Assembly (NCBI RefSeq): GCF_009914755.1
Contig: NC_060935.1
Length of the DNA: 64,000 bases
Reading direction: 5' to 3' (one strand)
Source: the human T2T-CHM13v2.0 reference genome, Homo sapiens
The notes under the pieces were generated by a model that made no database searches, was not told where the DNA came from, and saw nothing but the letters and a program-made list of their open reading frames with translations. This document shows positions 29,351-46,314 of the stretch, piece after piece (position 1 is the first letter of the stretch; every line of letters starts with the position of its first letter). Made by a program: the position numbers and the translations under genes.

Positions 29351-30567
29351 ACATGTTATGTAAAGAGAGATTCTTAAAAAGAGAGAGCTCATTGAGACTG
29401 ACTTTAAGTATTTGAATAAGCTTCAAGGAACAGATAAAATTTGACTTTAAAGTATTTATTATTACCACTTATATTGTACTAAAGACAGTGGCATATTCCA
29501 TGGCATCTGGATTGCTATAACTGTATAAATAGACTTTTTCCAATTAATAGCTCATAAAAAACTAGGACAAAATTGCATTATTAACATCAATAGGCTCCTA
29601 AAGAATTATTCAGCAGTTGAGCAGTTCATTTTTCAGCTACTTTGTTTGTGACCTCTGTTGTAAAAATCCTGATATTTTTCATCCATGAATGAACCCAGCA
29701 AGCATTTCAAAATTGACCGGATCTTCATCAGTCTTGGCCATTTCCTGAGACCAACTAGGAATTGTGTTCAAATTCATCTCTTATACAATTTCCTGACTTA
29801 ATTCTCACCCAAGTCAAAGTTACCTTTCCTTCCTCTAAAGAATGTAACTCTGTACATTTTATTTAAAAACTCTCTTAGATTTTACTCTATTATTTGCATA
29901 TGTTACTATATTATTTATAAATAAATGCCATTTTTCTCAGCTATGTTAGAAGCCCATGACAATAAAAACCATGGCTTATACTTAAATACAGTGTTTTGCC
30001 AAAGAGGCACTTAGTAAACAGTCACTGTTGTAATTTGCTTTTAATGGAAAAGCCCACACATGTTACAGAATCTGTACTAGTCAATGAGTAGGTGCTGACA
30101 GCCTACAACTTGTGGCTTTTGATGATTTATTGATACGATCCTCAAATCCTAGGACCTTACCTGTGATGCATTCTAATGGTTTTCTAGTCTATATTATTCC
30201 ATTTCAATCTAATTCATTAAACAAAATTATAGGTTCACTGAATGATAAAATTGATTTTATCATCATCTCTGGCTGCATGAATTCAATCAAATTATTAATC
30301 TATTCTAAGGATTATTTTATTTACTTGTAGAATATAGATAACAATATTATCTCTTTCATAGGATTGCTTTTAGTATTAAATAAAATGCTACCACTAGCAT
30401 TGTGCTTGGGGCTTAGTGTTCAATAAAGGCATACTATTTTTATAGATATTATTATTTTAATTATTTCCACCATTATATTAGTATTATAAATTCAACTTTA
30501 GGTATTTGAGAACTGTTAATTTATGTTAAAATTCTTAGATACATGATACATATTGTTAAAGTCCTAA

Positions 30568-30870
<303 letters not shown>

Positions 30871-33045
30871 TAAAGTCCTAACTTTTTATCAAGTGTTATA
30901 GGAAAAGAAAAAAGACAATAAGTAGAATTGGTCCATACTCCTTCTAGACATCAAATACTCAACGTTATTTTGTTTTTGGTTCACTCTGCAGACTTTTGAT
31001 TTAGTACTTCATCTCTGTAGTGATTAAGGACTGTGGAAAATGATAACATGGCATTTCATTTAGATGCTTCTTTGAGGTGACATACATGATAGATTCATTC
31101 TTCTAACTTAACTGTGATGAAATTCATCTCATCTTCTATTAGTGGCAGAAATATGAACAGAAGCATGTGGTCTCCATCGTCTCCAATATTTGTACCAGAG
31201 AAGAAGATATTAACTAAAAGAAAACTGAAATATAACTTCTGTTTTTTTTAATAATTCTGGTTTGAGCCCTCAAATCATTCTATACCCATGAGGTTATAGG
31301 TAAAAGCATATTTTTTTCATCTTTCTTAGATTATAAAAGTAGGTAGTTCCTTTATAATACAATTCACTACTGATTTAACTTTAATCTAAAAAATAAGCAT
31401 TAGAAATAAAAAGTATATGTGTCAGATATATGTTCATATTTCTTCTAGTATTGATGCTCATAGGAAGAAAAAATAATTTGTTTACTATTTTTGCCATGAC
31501 TTATCAGAAATCTAAGCACGTTCAAACACACCAACAAAGAGCAATAATACCAACTGCTCAGTGGGAGATAAAGTGAGGCTGTTTCCCCCAGGTGGAGTTT
31601 ATGGTTGCCTTTCAATCACTGAAGAGACTGAATGTTTCCTCTATCTAAACTAATCTTGCTTGCTTTCAATCTTACCCACTCAGAGCCTGTAACTCCTTCC
31701 TTTTCTCTCTCTTTTTTTTTTTAACTAATTTAAATATGGACCTTTTTAAATCACCATGTCTGCCATCGGCATCAACATTTCAAAAGACTTCTCCAGCGCA
31801 CCCACTGAGTGTACCACACTTGTTTCATTTTGTTAATTGAATGGTTCTTAAACAACCTCATTATCTGCCCACAGCACTTAGCATTTTCCTATTATAAAGC
31901 TATCCTTTGCAATGTCTTCTCTGCCTACCAGGAAGGCTAGAATCTTGCTTTTAGTGTCTCCCAACACAGGACTGACCATGGGTCTTTAAACAAACCCCCA
32001 TGTTTTCAGATTGCAATGGGTTAAGTGAAAAGAACCCATGTTGAGAACTTATTCAAGCCAAGCTATAAAAGGTGTACAACCCTATGACGAGATAACATTA
32101 TACCCATTTCAAAAAGAAGAAAATGGAAGCAAAATGAGATTCTATCACTTATCAAAAATCACACAGAGAAAGTTTTTGGGGTGGGATTCCCAGAACCTAC
32201 ACTCCAGGTCATTGCACTGTCAATACTGAACAATCATTGGATTACTCTCTGTTTTTTTGTGTGTGCGTTTTTTGTTGGTTTGTTTTTCTGTCTCTGAGGT
32301 CTTTGAAGGTCTTGATATTCTCCGTTGTCCAGATAGAGAGGTCATGTCACCTTCCAGATATTTCTAGCTGTTTAAAGCCCTTTCCCTGAATTCTAGTTCT
32401 AGAAAAGTTTGGAAGAATTAGCAGTCATTTGTACATATACTGACTGCATATCTACAAATGACTGTAAGACAACTGAAACTAGGGAGTCTGGAAAGCTTCC
32501 TCTCCTTAGTAGAAAATGATGTTATGTCTCTTCTCTAAGGAGGTTTTATATATGCAGCTTAAAATCCACAAAAAGAAAAATTCCCATATAGAGTGATGTT
32601 AACCTCATTTGTATGTAATCGTGAATCGAGGTATACCACTATAGTAACTGCACACAGTAAAAGCCTTGTGACATGATTACTTTTCTACACTTTCTTATCT
32701 TTGCTCCCCTACCTAGGATGCCTCTCTGCTTTTTCATCCTTCCCTGGCTAAAGCAGGCTCATTCTTCTGGGTCAAGTTCCAATGTCATTTCTTCTATAAA
32801 GCTTTTTTCAACACCTCTTCACCCTCAGTTCTCTCTCCTTTGAGTTTTCCCAGCACTTTATTCATTCATGTTCCTAAGATAGTACTTATAACAGTGCATT
32901 ACATATTTCTCACTCTATAGGCTAGATTTTTCAACCTCAGCACTGTTGACTTTTTGGGCTAATTTATTTTTGTAATGCTGCCTTGTGTGTTGTAGAATGT
33001 TTGGTAGCATCCATGGTCTCCCTCCACTGGGTAACAGTAGCATCA

Positions 33046-33312
33046 GGGTAGGTGCAGTGGCTCATGCCTGTAATCCCAGTGCTTTAGGAGGCCAAGGAGG
33101 AAGTATCGTTTGAGGCCAAAAGTTTGAGATCATCCCGGGTAACATAGGAAGACCACAGGCATGGTGGTATGACCCCGTAGTCCCAGCAACTTGGGATTCT
33201 GAAGCAGGAGGATCACCTGAGCCCAGGAGTTTGAGGCTGCAGTGAGCTAGGATCTTGCACTTACACTGGTCTGGGTGACAGAGTAAGACCCTGTCTTGAA
33301 AAATGAAAAAAG
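33046..33312 (+). mobile_element. AluJ lacking the central A-rich linker
   Basis: Left arm runs directly into caggcatggtgg; TSD agtagcatc at 33036-33044 and 33313-33321. Confidence 0.92.
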
Positions 33313-33350
33313 AGTAGCATCTCCGCTTCAATTGTGAGAATGAAAAATAT

Positions 33351-33457
33351 TTGAGGTAATAGATTCCCAGTTACTCTTATTTGCTCATTACATATTTTAC
33401 GCATATATCAAATATCACTTGTCCCTCATAAATATGTACAATTATTACATATCAATA
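33351..33457 (+). mobile_element. L1MA-type 3' terminus (about 110 bp)
   Basis: ttgaggtaatagattcccagttac...cataaatatgtacaattattacatatcaataaa; candidate TSD aaaaatat at 33343-33350 and 33458-33465. Confidence 0.8.
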
Positions 33458-33652
33458 AAAAATATGTATTTAGACATTGTCCTCTGAGGAGTAGGTAAAA
33501 CTGTCCCTAGTTGAAGACCACTGCTTGAGATCAGAGACTACAACGGCAGTGACTGCTTTTTTTCATCCTAAGAGTACCTGATACCCAAGAGTATCAGGCC
33601 AGAGCTTGCTGTTATCAGAGTAACAGCAAGCAATTATAATCTCTTGGTTGGA

Positions 33653-34009
<357 letters not shown>

Positions 34010-34514
34010 TTATAAAATTCACTGAATTCATACTTCATCCAAATGTGAAACAAAGTGACTATTAAATTAAAGATGGATTCAAAGGTAATGAGATCAAAAA
34101 TATTTGGATATCAGAAAAAGAAAATTGTATTTTTTGTATATTTAATAAATATTATATATACTACATATAATCATATATGTATATATATGAAATATATTGT
34201 ATATATGTATGCGTATACACATGCCCACACGAAAAGAATAACCTTTACTGGGAAACTGCATTCAGAAAACTGGATAAAAGTTTTCTGATATCTCTGAATA
34301 CATCATACTTAATACTTAAGGTCTCTGTTCCCTAAAAAAGGCCAGGACTCTCTCGCTTTTTTTTCCTTCAAAGATCCATTCATAAAAAAAGTGATGCTTA
34401 TTTTACAATTTCAAAATCAGAGGGAGTTGATAAAATAAAGAGGCACAGACAGTATGATACTGCCTTTTGTTCTGATAAGATATTCATCGCTACCCAATTT
34501 AGTGCAGAATAAAG

Positions 34515-35391
<877 letters not shown>

Positions 35392-36767
35392 AAAGTCATC
35401 TGACATTCCTTATTTCTGTAGACTAGCTAACCACATATTTGGACTGAAGACCAGAACCACTGTGATCTTCATATGAACTTGTGATGACAGATCTTTTCTC
35501 GCCTCAGTAGTGAAATGTGCCTGCCTACATTTATCTATTTCCTGAGCTGTGGTTTTAATTAATCAAAGTTATAAAAATGAGATAGAATTGTCTTTTCATG
35601 TTTAGGTAGTTTTAAATCCGTGAAAATCTGCTATTCTCACTGGGATGCTCCAAGCAGCAGTAGTACATTTTGCAAGAAACAAATGCATAAACAAGACCAG
35701 ACCTTCCTAAGCAGTCAGAAAGGAGGTCACTGAGAACCAATGTACATAATCTTTTACCCATTGCAAAGGACCATAATTTTAGTGGTCACTTGCTATTGGT
35801 TGCCTCTTTTTAATTTTAGATACATTAATTATGCTTCTCATTATAATACTATGAAATATAGATTATTCTTGCTTCTGTAAAAAGGAGGTAATTAAATATT
35901 AGGACAATGAATATATTGTGTGATGTTATTTAACTGCTCAGTGGGTGAGGCAAAATTCACCCATTGATACAAACTGAAGGTACAAGGAGCACCTTCGAGT
36001 ACACAGAAGTTCCTTTTGTGCCCACTCCTCCTCTAAATAGCTACATGTACAGTCAAACCTACAAACAGATATTTCCAAGCCTCCACATTTCCTGACTCTT
36101 CCCCCAGCCTCATGCCCCAAAGCCTGGCTCGAAGGAAAATAAGAATAACTAAAATGCAAAGCACTATGTATTAGTAGAACGGTTCAATTCAAAGGTCAGG
36201 GGGCCTGCATATCTGAGATAAGAAACCAAGGAAGAAAGAGCACCTTCACCTAAACTAGCACCTTCACCTAGAAGTAAAGGATCTTCTCTCTGATTACAGC
36301 TGAAAGAAACACCTTGGCTCCAATAAGTTACTTTGATTTAAAAGAGTTTATGCCATGCTTTACACAAATTTCAGTTCTTAGGATGCATTGACAAGTCATT
36401 TCCTGGGATTCTCACTGCAGCATTTTGTGTTGTGACACAGCAAAGAACACATGTTCATTAGGCTGCTACTTTCTGGGTGCACCTTGGACTGCCTTCTGTG
36501 GAGTTCAGTGTTAGGAGGTTTGTTTGGCATCTGGACACAGCTTCTAACCAGCTGCATGCATTTGGATTCTCTGAGTGTCAATGAATTATTTAAACTTATA
36601 TTCTATGCATTTACCTATTTATTCATATCTATCCTATTTCATGGAATCAGATGGCTTTGATGACATGATTCAGGTGAAAACATTGTATAAACCACACAAT
36701 ATTATTCATACTTAATGATAGTGGCAACATTACTGACCATGAATAGGATGATCATCTCAAGCGGTGG

Positions 36768-36992
36768 TACACACACATATATACACACACACAACCCTAG
36801 CACACATATGTATATACATATACTCACACTCACCTAACTCACACACACCACGAATACACATTTATACACATCTATAATCATAATATACCCACCTAATATA
36901 TACACACACACACAACCCTAACACATATATGTATATACATATACACATGCACACATACACCCCCCTAACATATACTCTCCCAACACACACGC
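36768..36992. repeat. Degenerate (CA)/(TA) low-complexity tract with internal duplication
   Basis: acacacacacacaacccta...cata(ta)tgtatatacatatac occurs at about 36783 and about 36902. Confidence 0.85.
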
Positions 36993-37974
36993 AGAGTACC
37001 CCACGAAACAGAGAGCTCTCAAGACAAAAGGATCTTACCACATATTTTATAGTTCTGAGTCAGCACACCAAGACTCCATTTTATCTTGATAGGGATGTGA
37101 AAAGGTCAAGTACTGATTTAGGTTTTCAAGAGAAGGCAAAAAATAAAAAGTCCTTTCTGAAAATATTTGCTACACTTTACTTTCATTCAGGGTTTCTGTG
37201 TGGAGCAGAGATAGCTCGAAACCCACAGGATGGCAAAGATTAAAATAGCCCAGCTTATGGATGTGGCTCTAAGATTGGTTTTACTTGTTCCTCTGACTTT
37301 TATTATACAAAGTAGAAAATTCCTATATGGCTCCAATAGAGAAAATAAGATAAATTAATGTAAAGCAATCCAAAGATTTATGTAATCCATATATATGGCA
37401 TATTTTATGTTTATTCTCATAATGTGCATTATAAAAGCACTTTCATATAGACATGTCACTGCACAAAATATCATCAATACTTTCTTTCTGAAAAATAGGA
37501 GACTTTAGGCTCACTTTCCCAGACCTAAAGTCTCTCCCCATTACAAAATAAAATGTTTGCAGAGATAAAATTATGGTATCTGGGTGACATCTTAGAGACG
37601 TCTGAGACACTGAAGAGAAAATAATTTTGGATCAGAAGAATTTTCACCAAATCCTCCAATTATTCCACTTGGCATTTCTACAGATAATAGCAATCCCTAA
37701 ATATCTTTTTAATAGCTGCAGAAACACTCTGTGCTTAATTCCAAAGTTATCATTCACCTAGGTATATATACTTTTATGTTCAAATATCTAAGGTTACTTC
37801 TGGACTAAGAAATTTAATAAGACTTGTAAAAACAGTTTAACTCTTTGAAGTATGTTTGACTTTACAATGGCATATTTTCAAAAACGTAACACATGCTAAG
37901 ACTATAAAACAATGATCTCCTCTTGCTTGTTTGTTTGTTTACTTGGTGTTGTGGGCCAACTGCTAAGCAAAGAA

Positions 37975-38470
37975 GCAGGCTGGTATAAAAAGCTGGTATA
38001 AAAACAGACAGATCTTGTTTTGAATGCCACATATGATACTTTTTAGTTGAGAGACCTAAGACTTGTTACTCAATCTCAATAAGCCTCAGTTAACTGTAAA
38101 ATGAGCGTAACAGTAACTACCTCAAAAAATGCTTGTGGTGACTAAATGAGATAATCAATGGAAATGACTTCCTGTGCTGCACTTCTCTTTAAAGGATAAG
38201 GGTGAACATGATTTGCTCTTAGTAAAATAAGTGATGGAAATACACGATTTATGGATTACTAAACTTAACCCTCCAGATGCACTGCAGCCCAATGCTACAG
38301 ATTACCTTGGATCCAAATCCTGGCTCGACGTAAGCCACCTGAGGGAACCTATGCAAGTCAAATAACCTTTCTCTGTCTCAATTCTCTCAACAATAAAACA
38401 GAACAACAGTGAGACATGTCATTGTGTGTTTTAAGTATTAAATGAGTTAATAGTTATAAAGTGCTTATCA
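37975..38470 (+). mobile_element. Two MIR relics (about 37975-38165 and 38300-38470)
   Basis: gcctcagttaactgtaaaatgag...taactacctc...ctaaatgagataat; ccaaatcctggctc...attaaatgagttaatagttataaagtgctta. Confidence 0.7.
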
Positions 38471-39244
38471 TACATTATTACTTTGAGGTACTGCTTACGT
38501 TATGAAGATTTTATTCACATTATATAAGTTTTTATAGTTAAAAATCATGCCCTTTCCTTTAACATTGTTACTGAAAGCAGATTATCAAACTATGGGATGA
38601 ATTCCATTTCTGTAGATCTTATATTTAAAGTAGATAGTGAAAACAATTATCTGGTCAGCAAGCTGACTTCTAGGTCCCAATGTTTTCTGACCTTTCCCGT
38701 ATCCTTGCAGGTAACACTTGAATCCTGGTTGTGTGCCCAGAAAGGTGTGGCAATGCCAATAAAGCTCCAAACTACCAGCAAATGCTAAGAACAAATAATT
38801 TTTTCATATTTTGTCCTAACTGAATAATTAACAGGGCTGATAAAATACCATGTTAGCCATTCACACTTTAATTAAAATGAGTGCTTAAAAGTAGACTTAG
38901 ATGGAAGGTAGAAAAGAGAGCATGAGGGAACTCAGGATCTGAATAAAGCATGGTGATGCCATAGATTGTGGAGGGGCAGAATGATAAAGCTAGACAGCAG
39001 AATTTCAGCCACGTGCTGCTCACTTGTACATTTCTCTGCACATGGTCCATCTTTCATATTGCCCAGTCTAATGAAGACAAAAGATCACAGATCAATGTTT
39101 CCAATTGTTATTGCTATTGTGATGTGTTATTCTTAGGTCTATCTATTCAACTCCTCCTTTTTAAAAACATGATACACATAATAGAACTTCTAGAATTGTA
39201 TAGCATATGTGTATGTTCCTATATGATATACGCATATGAATATT

Positions 39245-39960
39245 TTCATTCATTATTCAACAAATGTATGAGTGCCTACTATGTACCTTCTTCCAGACAC
39301 TGAAGATGTAACAGTAAATACAACAAACAAAATGTCTTGTCTCTTAGCTTACTAGAGGGAGAGAGACAGAAAGAGACAATCAAAAGATGAGTAAGCTTTT
39401 GTTTGTTTGTTTTCTGTCTTTTAGGGACAGGGTCTCACTCTGTCACCCAGGCTAAAGTGCAGTGGTCCAATTATAGCTCACTGTAACCTAGAACTCCTGG
39501 GCTCAAGCAATTGTCCCACCTCAGCCTCTCAAGTAGTTGAGACTACAGGCACAAACAACCATGCCTAGCTGTAATTTGTTTATTTATTTCTATAGTGACA
39601 GGGTTTCTATGCTGCCCAGGCTGGCCTCAAACTCCTGACCTCCCACCATGGCCTCCCAAAGCTCTGGGATTACAAGCGTGAGTCACCGCACCTGGCCCTA
39701 AAAATGAGTAAATTTTCTGATAAATGCTTTGGACAAGAGTCCCAGTCAATCAGGGAGGATGTACAGGAAGTGTGAGGATAGGACTATACTTTTATACCTG
39801 TGGAAAAGCAAGATCTCCCGGACAAGGTGACACCTGAGCCCAACCCCGACGCAGTCTGGGATGTGCCACAAAGCCACCTGCTCTAGAGCGTTTCAAGCAG
39901 AGGAAACAACAAAAGCAAAAACACTGAGTGTGGAGCAAGCCTGACATGTTTGAGAAACAC
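39245..39960 (-). mobile_element. L2 relic interrupted by AluJ
   Basis: ttcattcattattcaacaaatgtatgagtgcctactatgt...aaggtgacacctgagc...caagcagaggaaacaacaaaagcaaa. Confidence 0.75.
39397..39697 (-). mobile_element. AluJ
   Basis: gacagggtctcactctgtcacccaggct...ctcctgggctcaagcaa; TSD-like aaa(g/a)atgagtaa on both flanks. Confidence 0.94.
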
Positions 39961-42029
39961 TGGAAATTTCCTGAAACTTTCATGATGATTCTAGCTATTG
40001 CTCCAAAGCGTCAATACAGCAAGGTGATAAACACTCAACGTTCTGATATATCTGTCCCCCTACTCAGGATACATAAAGTCTACCCAAACTTTATTTATAA
40101 TTTCTGAGAGAGCTATTTTTAGAAAATTTTACAGAGTAATTTGTTCAGTCCAATAATGGCTAACCCAAATAGAGTTGATGCAAAGGGGGAGAAATGCTCA
40201 ATGCATCTGCTCAGCGGCTGTGTGAATGACCTCCTGCAGGCTACTCTGCCTCTCTGAAACTCAGCCTCCTCATTCACACAATGGGAAGAGTAGAATCCAC
40301 CCCATGCATGTCAATGAGTTGTTCTAGCCTTAGGATAAGAAGCACTTGATGAAGAAGAATCACTTTCCACCCAAATACAAAATATTTTGGTATAAAACCT
40401 CATTTGTATAAAGGCCATTTGTTTGCCAACTTCACTTATCTGGGAGACAACTAAGTCTTTAAAAAGAAGCCAAAAATATCCTGCAGAAAACAAATTTGAT
40501 ACTGCATCATTGATATACCAACTCATGTTTTACTATTTCTAGCAAAGCTACAAAGGCTCTAAATCAGAGTCCATTTATTCATTCCTTAAGCACCATTCTA
40601 CTATTCTTAAATACAGAGTTTCCTATTATGACCATCAGTTGACTTCACCTTTGAGATCTACAACCTTTTTAGTTGTCTTGGATTGCTTTGGATCCACTCA
40701 TGCATTCTGCAGAGCAACATCTGCCAACTGACTATAAGGATTTGATAGCAAAGCTCTCTGGGCATCTAGAGAATGAGGGTAAATATTTGATTGGAGTAGA
40801 AAACAATCCACTCTTTTGTGGAAAGATCCTAGCTTGGGAATAACATAATCCCAGGCTCATAAGCCAAGATCATCACCAAAAATTAGAGTCACATTGAACA
40901 GGTACCTCATCTCAGAGTCTCCATTTTCTACTCTTGGAACTGGAAGTAATGATGACAATCCTACAGGGTTGTGGGGAGTGTTGGGAAGAATATATGTAAA
41001 AATCTTGGTAGAGTGCATGGCATAGTCCCTTCCCTTCCTTCTCTGCCCTAGAATGGCTCAAATCTAGGACTCTGGCTTCTGTAACCTTAACACATCCAGT
41101 ATGTAACTGTGCCCAGAAAAGAACAGACACTCTTAAGTAATTCCACTTGTATAAGTGAATGAATGAATGAACCAATAAATAAATGAACAAATAAAGAAAT
41201 TTCTAAATCAACCCATCAACTAACTATATAACCACATCTCCTGAATCCTTACAAATCAAGAAGGAAGATACAATACCCCTTTATCTTATCTTCTCTTAAT
41301 GAATACTAAATGATGTAGTATTCATACCTGCAGATGTAGAATCTTTCTTATCTTTACAGCCAGAATCTTACTTTAGTAGGCACAAAGATGCTAGGCTGAG
41401 AATTGTGCTCCTAGGTACTCTGGCAGGAGGCAGAAATTCATTTTCTTTAGATGAGAGCTTTAGCTTCAGCCAGAGTCATTCATTCTCTTTTAAAAGGAGG
41501 AATCCATTTATGTCTTCAGCAGACAGATGTATCAAGCCATCGGGTGTTTCTGCCAATCAACTCCTGCCAAAGCTCTGATGTTTTATTTCATTAATGCAGG
41601 CACTTTCCATTAATTTGGATACTGTTTAAGAATGTTAGTTCCAAAGGACATTGTTTTTTGGCTCTTGTATTTTGAAGGGCTATTTAATACATTACTGCAA
41701 TAAGTTGACCCCTTGCCAAGAAAGAAGCAGTGGCCACCCAATTATAATCAGTTTCTGACAATATGATGCTAATGCTTGGCCCAGTAATGTTTATTGTGCT
41801 TTACCTGGATTTGATAGAAACAAATACAAAGGATTCTATTGGCTGAGTAGAGAAGACTAAACAAACAAAATACGAAAGTATTTTCTTTTTTTCCTTCCTC
41901 TCGTTCTTTCTTCCATGAAAATAAGGACACAACATATTTACTATATACCAAGTATAAAAACATAAGAACATAAGAGTATTTACTATAAGTCAAGTTAAAT
42001 AGACAGTATTGATGCCTAAAAAACATTTT

Positions 42030-42530
42030 GTCTTTATTCCCATTATTTCTAGTTCCCAAGTAAACCGGAGTTTCATTCAGGTGTCTTCCCTCCTCCATGT
42101 GGCCATGTGCTTCTGAGAAAGAAGCCGCTTGATGCAGCCCCGAAGAGTCATCTTGACTCGCCTAAGACAATCATGGCTGCCTCACTTTCTTTCCTGGTCA
42201 TTGGTTTGGACATATATTTCCAGCCAATAAAACATAAAAGACGGCTTAGTAAAGAGTTCTGAGAAAGTTTTCCCTACTTTTAAAAGACTTAAGGAAGAGA
42301 TAAACTCTTTTTACTTGGCCTATGTCATGTCTGGATGTCTGGATATGATGCCTGCAATCGCAATTGCCTGAACACTAAGGCTACATACAAGCTGAGAACA
42401 GAGCAAAATGATGGAAAGACGTTTGTTCTTGATGCTGCTGTTGAACTAGTGAGATAAACCAGAAGCACTCTTTCCCTGAACTTCTTGTTCTATGTGAAAA
42501 TAAATTTACTTACTTTAAAAGGCAGTATAG
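42030..42530 (+). mobile_element. Old MLT1 LTR
   Basis: tggccatgtgcttct...ttctgagaaagttttccctac...cctgaacttcttgttctatgtgaaaataaa. Confidence 0.65.
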
Positions 42531-43544
42531 ATAACTATTGCTAACGGCTATAACAGGTCCCGGGTAGAACATCCACAGGGTATATGCCTCTGTAATAGGA
42601 TTACTCTTCGAAATTTCTAAAATTACAAGGTGGGCTGCTCTGTGTCATTAAATATTACAGCAATGTGCCTATCTTTTAAAACAACAAAATTCACCAGTAT
42701 GTTTTATTTTCACCACGTTTCATAGTCTCTAGATGAATATTTTACCTACAGGTACAACTGCAGTAGGGAAAGCTTTTTATAGGAATGTGCTCAACTCCTT
42801 GGTCTTCACGTTTGGATTTGGATCCAATCTAAATGCTCAGACATTTGTATGAATGTGCCTCAGCCATAATTAGGAGTTCTGGAAATAAAAACAGTCCACC
42901 TCAAAAAACAATTTCAGCCTAGATTCTCCAATTCCTCCAATTCATACTGGTTTTTCAATTTTCTCAGTATGTATTTGGAGGGTGATAATTATTTCAAATA
43001 TCCCATTCTAATTCTATGTATATTGCACTAACATATATAATTTATTTCATATATGTTAGTATCTTTTTGCCAACTAGAATTTAAAAACCCTAGAGGCAAT
43101 TCCTACATTCTTGTTGTATCATTGGCAGGCTCTAGCAAAATGCTCCTTATAGAGAAAATGCTCAGTCATATTTTGTGACCAGTTAACTTGCCGAGCAGAT
43201 ATGGAAAATAGCAAAAATCCCAGCACCTTTTCCATTCTACTCTGAGTTGTTAGGCTTATCTTTTATTAAGCCTATAATTACATTTGACTCTAACCTAAAT
43301 CTGTTCTCAATAGAAGGAGAGAAAAACTCTGGATTCTCCAAAATATACTTTACTTAAAACCCTGCTGCTCATGTCCCACCTAAGTGGGTGAAGCAGAAAG
43401 CAGAAATATAGTTCACTTGCTGCAGCTGAACTTCCCTATGCCAATAAACCAACGGATCTAGAAACCAACACATCACCATAAAGAATGACAGAATTATTAT
43501 TAACCAAGTCCACATGAAAATAATGATGAAGAAAATTATGATAA

Positions 43545-43757
43545 ATAGCTAAATGGCATCAGAGGCTTATCATATACCTGGCATGTATTAACTTGTTTAA
43601 TGCTTGTAACAACTCTCTGAGTTTCATCTAATTGTTATCCCTATTTTGCAAATGAGGTAGTCAAGACAAAGTATGCTGACTTGCCCAAAGACTCACAGCT
43701 ACTAGTGGAGTGTTGGGGCCAGAATTCAGGCAAGCAGTTGCTTCTCAGACTGCACTC
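43545..43757 (-). mobile_element. MIR relic
   Basis: atccctattttgcaaatgaggtagtcaagac...gacttgcccaaagactcacagctactag. Confidence 0.75.
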
Positions 43758-43760
43758 TTA

Positions 43761-45162
<1,402 letters not shown>

Positions 45163-45477
45163 AAAAATACCCATCCCTCAAAAATGTCCCGTTTACCACT
45201 TAGGTGCAAGAACTATAAAATTAAAAGCTCCCGTCCAAGGAGCTAAGAAAGGATGAGGACCAGCATCAGAGACCATCATTTGTGTAACCAAATTATCATC
45301 AGAAAATAACATATGGATAGAGCAGCCCAGGAGTCAGCAACCTTTGACATTTGTTTTATTTCTTTTCGTGATATACCATGATTGTTGAAATTAATTCAAT
45401 CTCTTTCAAAGAGTTAACTAGAAGAAATGCAAAATGCATGGCATACACAAAATGAATCACAAAACATACAAAAAATT

Positions 45478-45783
<306 letters not shown>

Positions 45784-45831
45784 TGAAAACAATTCTTTTA
45801 AAATATGTACTGGACTAAGGAATGTGTAGCA

Positions 45832-45882
45832 ACTCACCTGCTGAAAACAAAAGTCGTTGATTTGAAAAAGAAAGAAATAAAT
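45832..45882 (-). other. Candidate 3-nt microexon (CAG, 45840-45838) or recursive splice site
   Basis: Minus strand reads tttatttctttctttttcaaatcaacgacttttgttttcag CAG gtgagt. Confidence 0.4.
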
Positions 45883-46314
45883 ACTGAATGTTATTGACAA
45901 ATGAAATGAAAAGATTAAAGTTTACTGGAATTTTTTTCTGTCTCATAATAAAATACCCCTAAATATTTAGGTAAGGGTTATGTTTTGTCAGAAGGGAAGA
46001 TCATTTGTTAAGGCCGATATATTTTCCAGTGTGAAGGAGAAGGAAGAAAAGGGCATTCTTCAGTGGAGTAGCAAATATGTGTGATTTTATAGGAAGACTA
46101 CAGAAACTATTTTCATCTTGCCTAACCAACATTTAACAAGACTATAAATCTTTGTGATAAAAACAAGTTTTAGAAGTTATAAAATATGAAAAGGGTACAG
46201 TACAAGTGGCCAGGTTCAATTATGGGAAACATATCTTGAAAATAGTCCATCATCCCATAGCCCTAGAAACAAAAGTTCCATGCAGTGATGAAGCTAAAAA
46301 AAGAATTTTTTTTG

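Larger units (their letters stand above)
32920..33523. mobile_element. MER20 interrupted by an AluJ and an L1M 3' end
   Basis: tttcaacctcagcactgttgactttttgggct...tgtagaatgtttggtagcatcc...agacattgtc...gttgaagaccactg. Confidence 0.85.
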
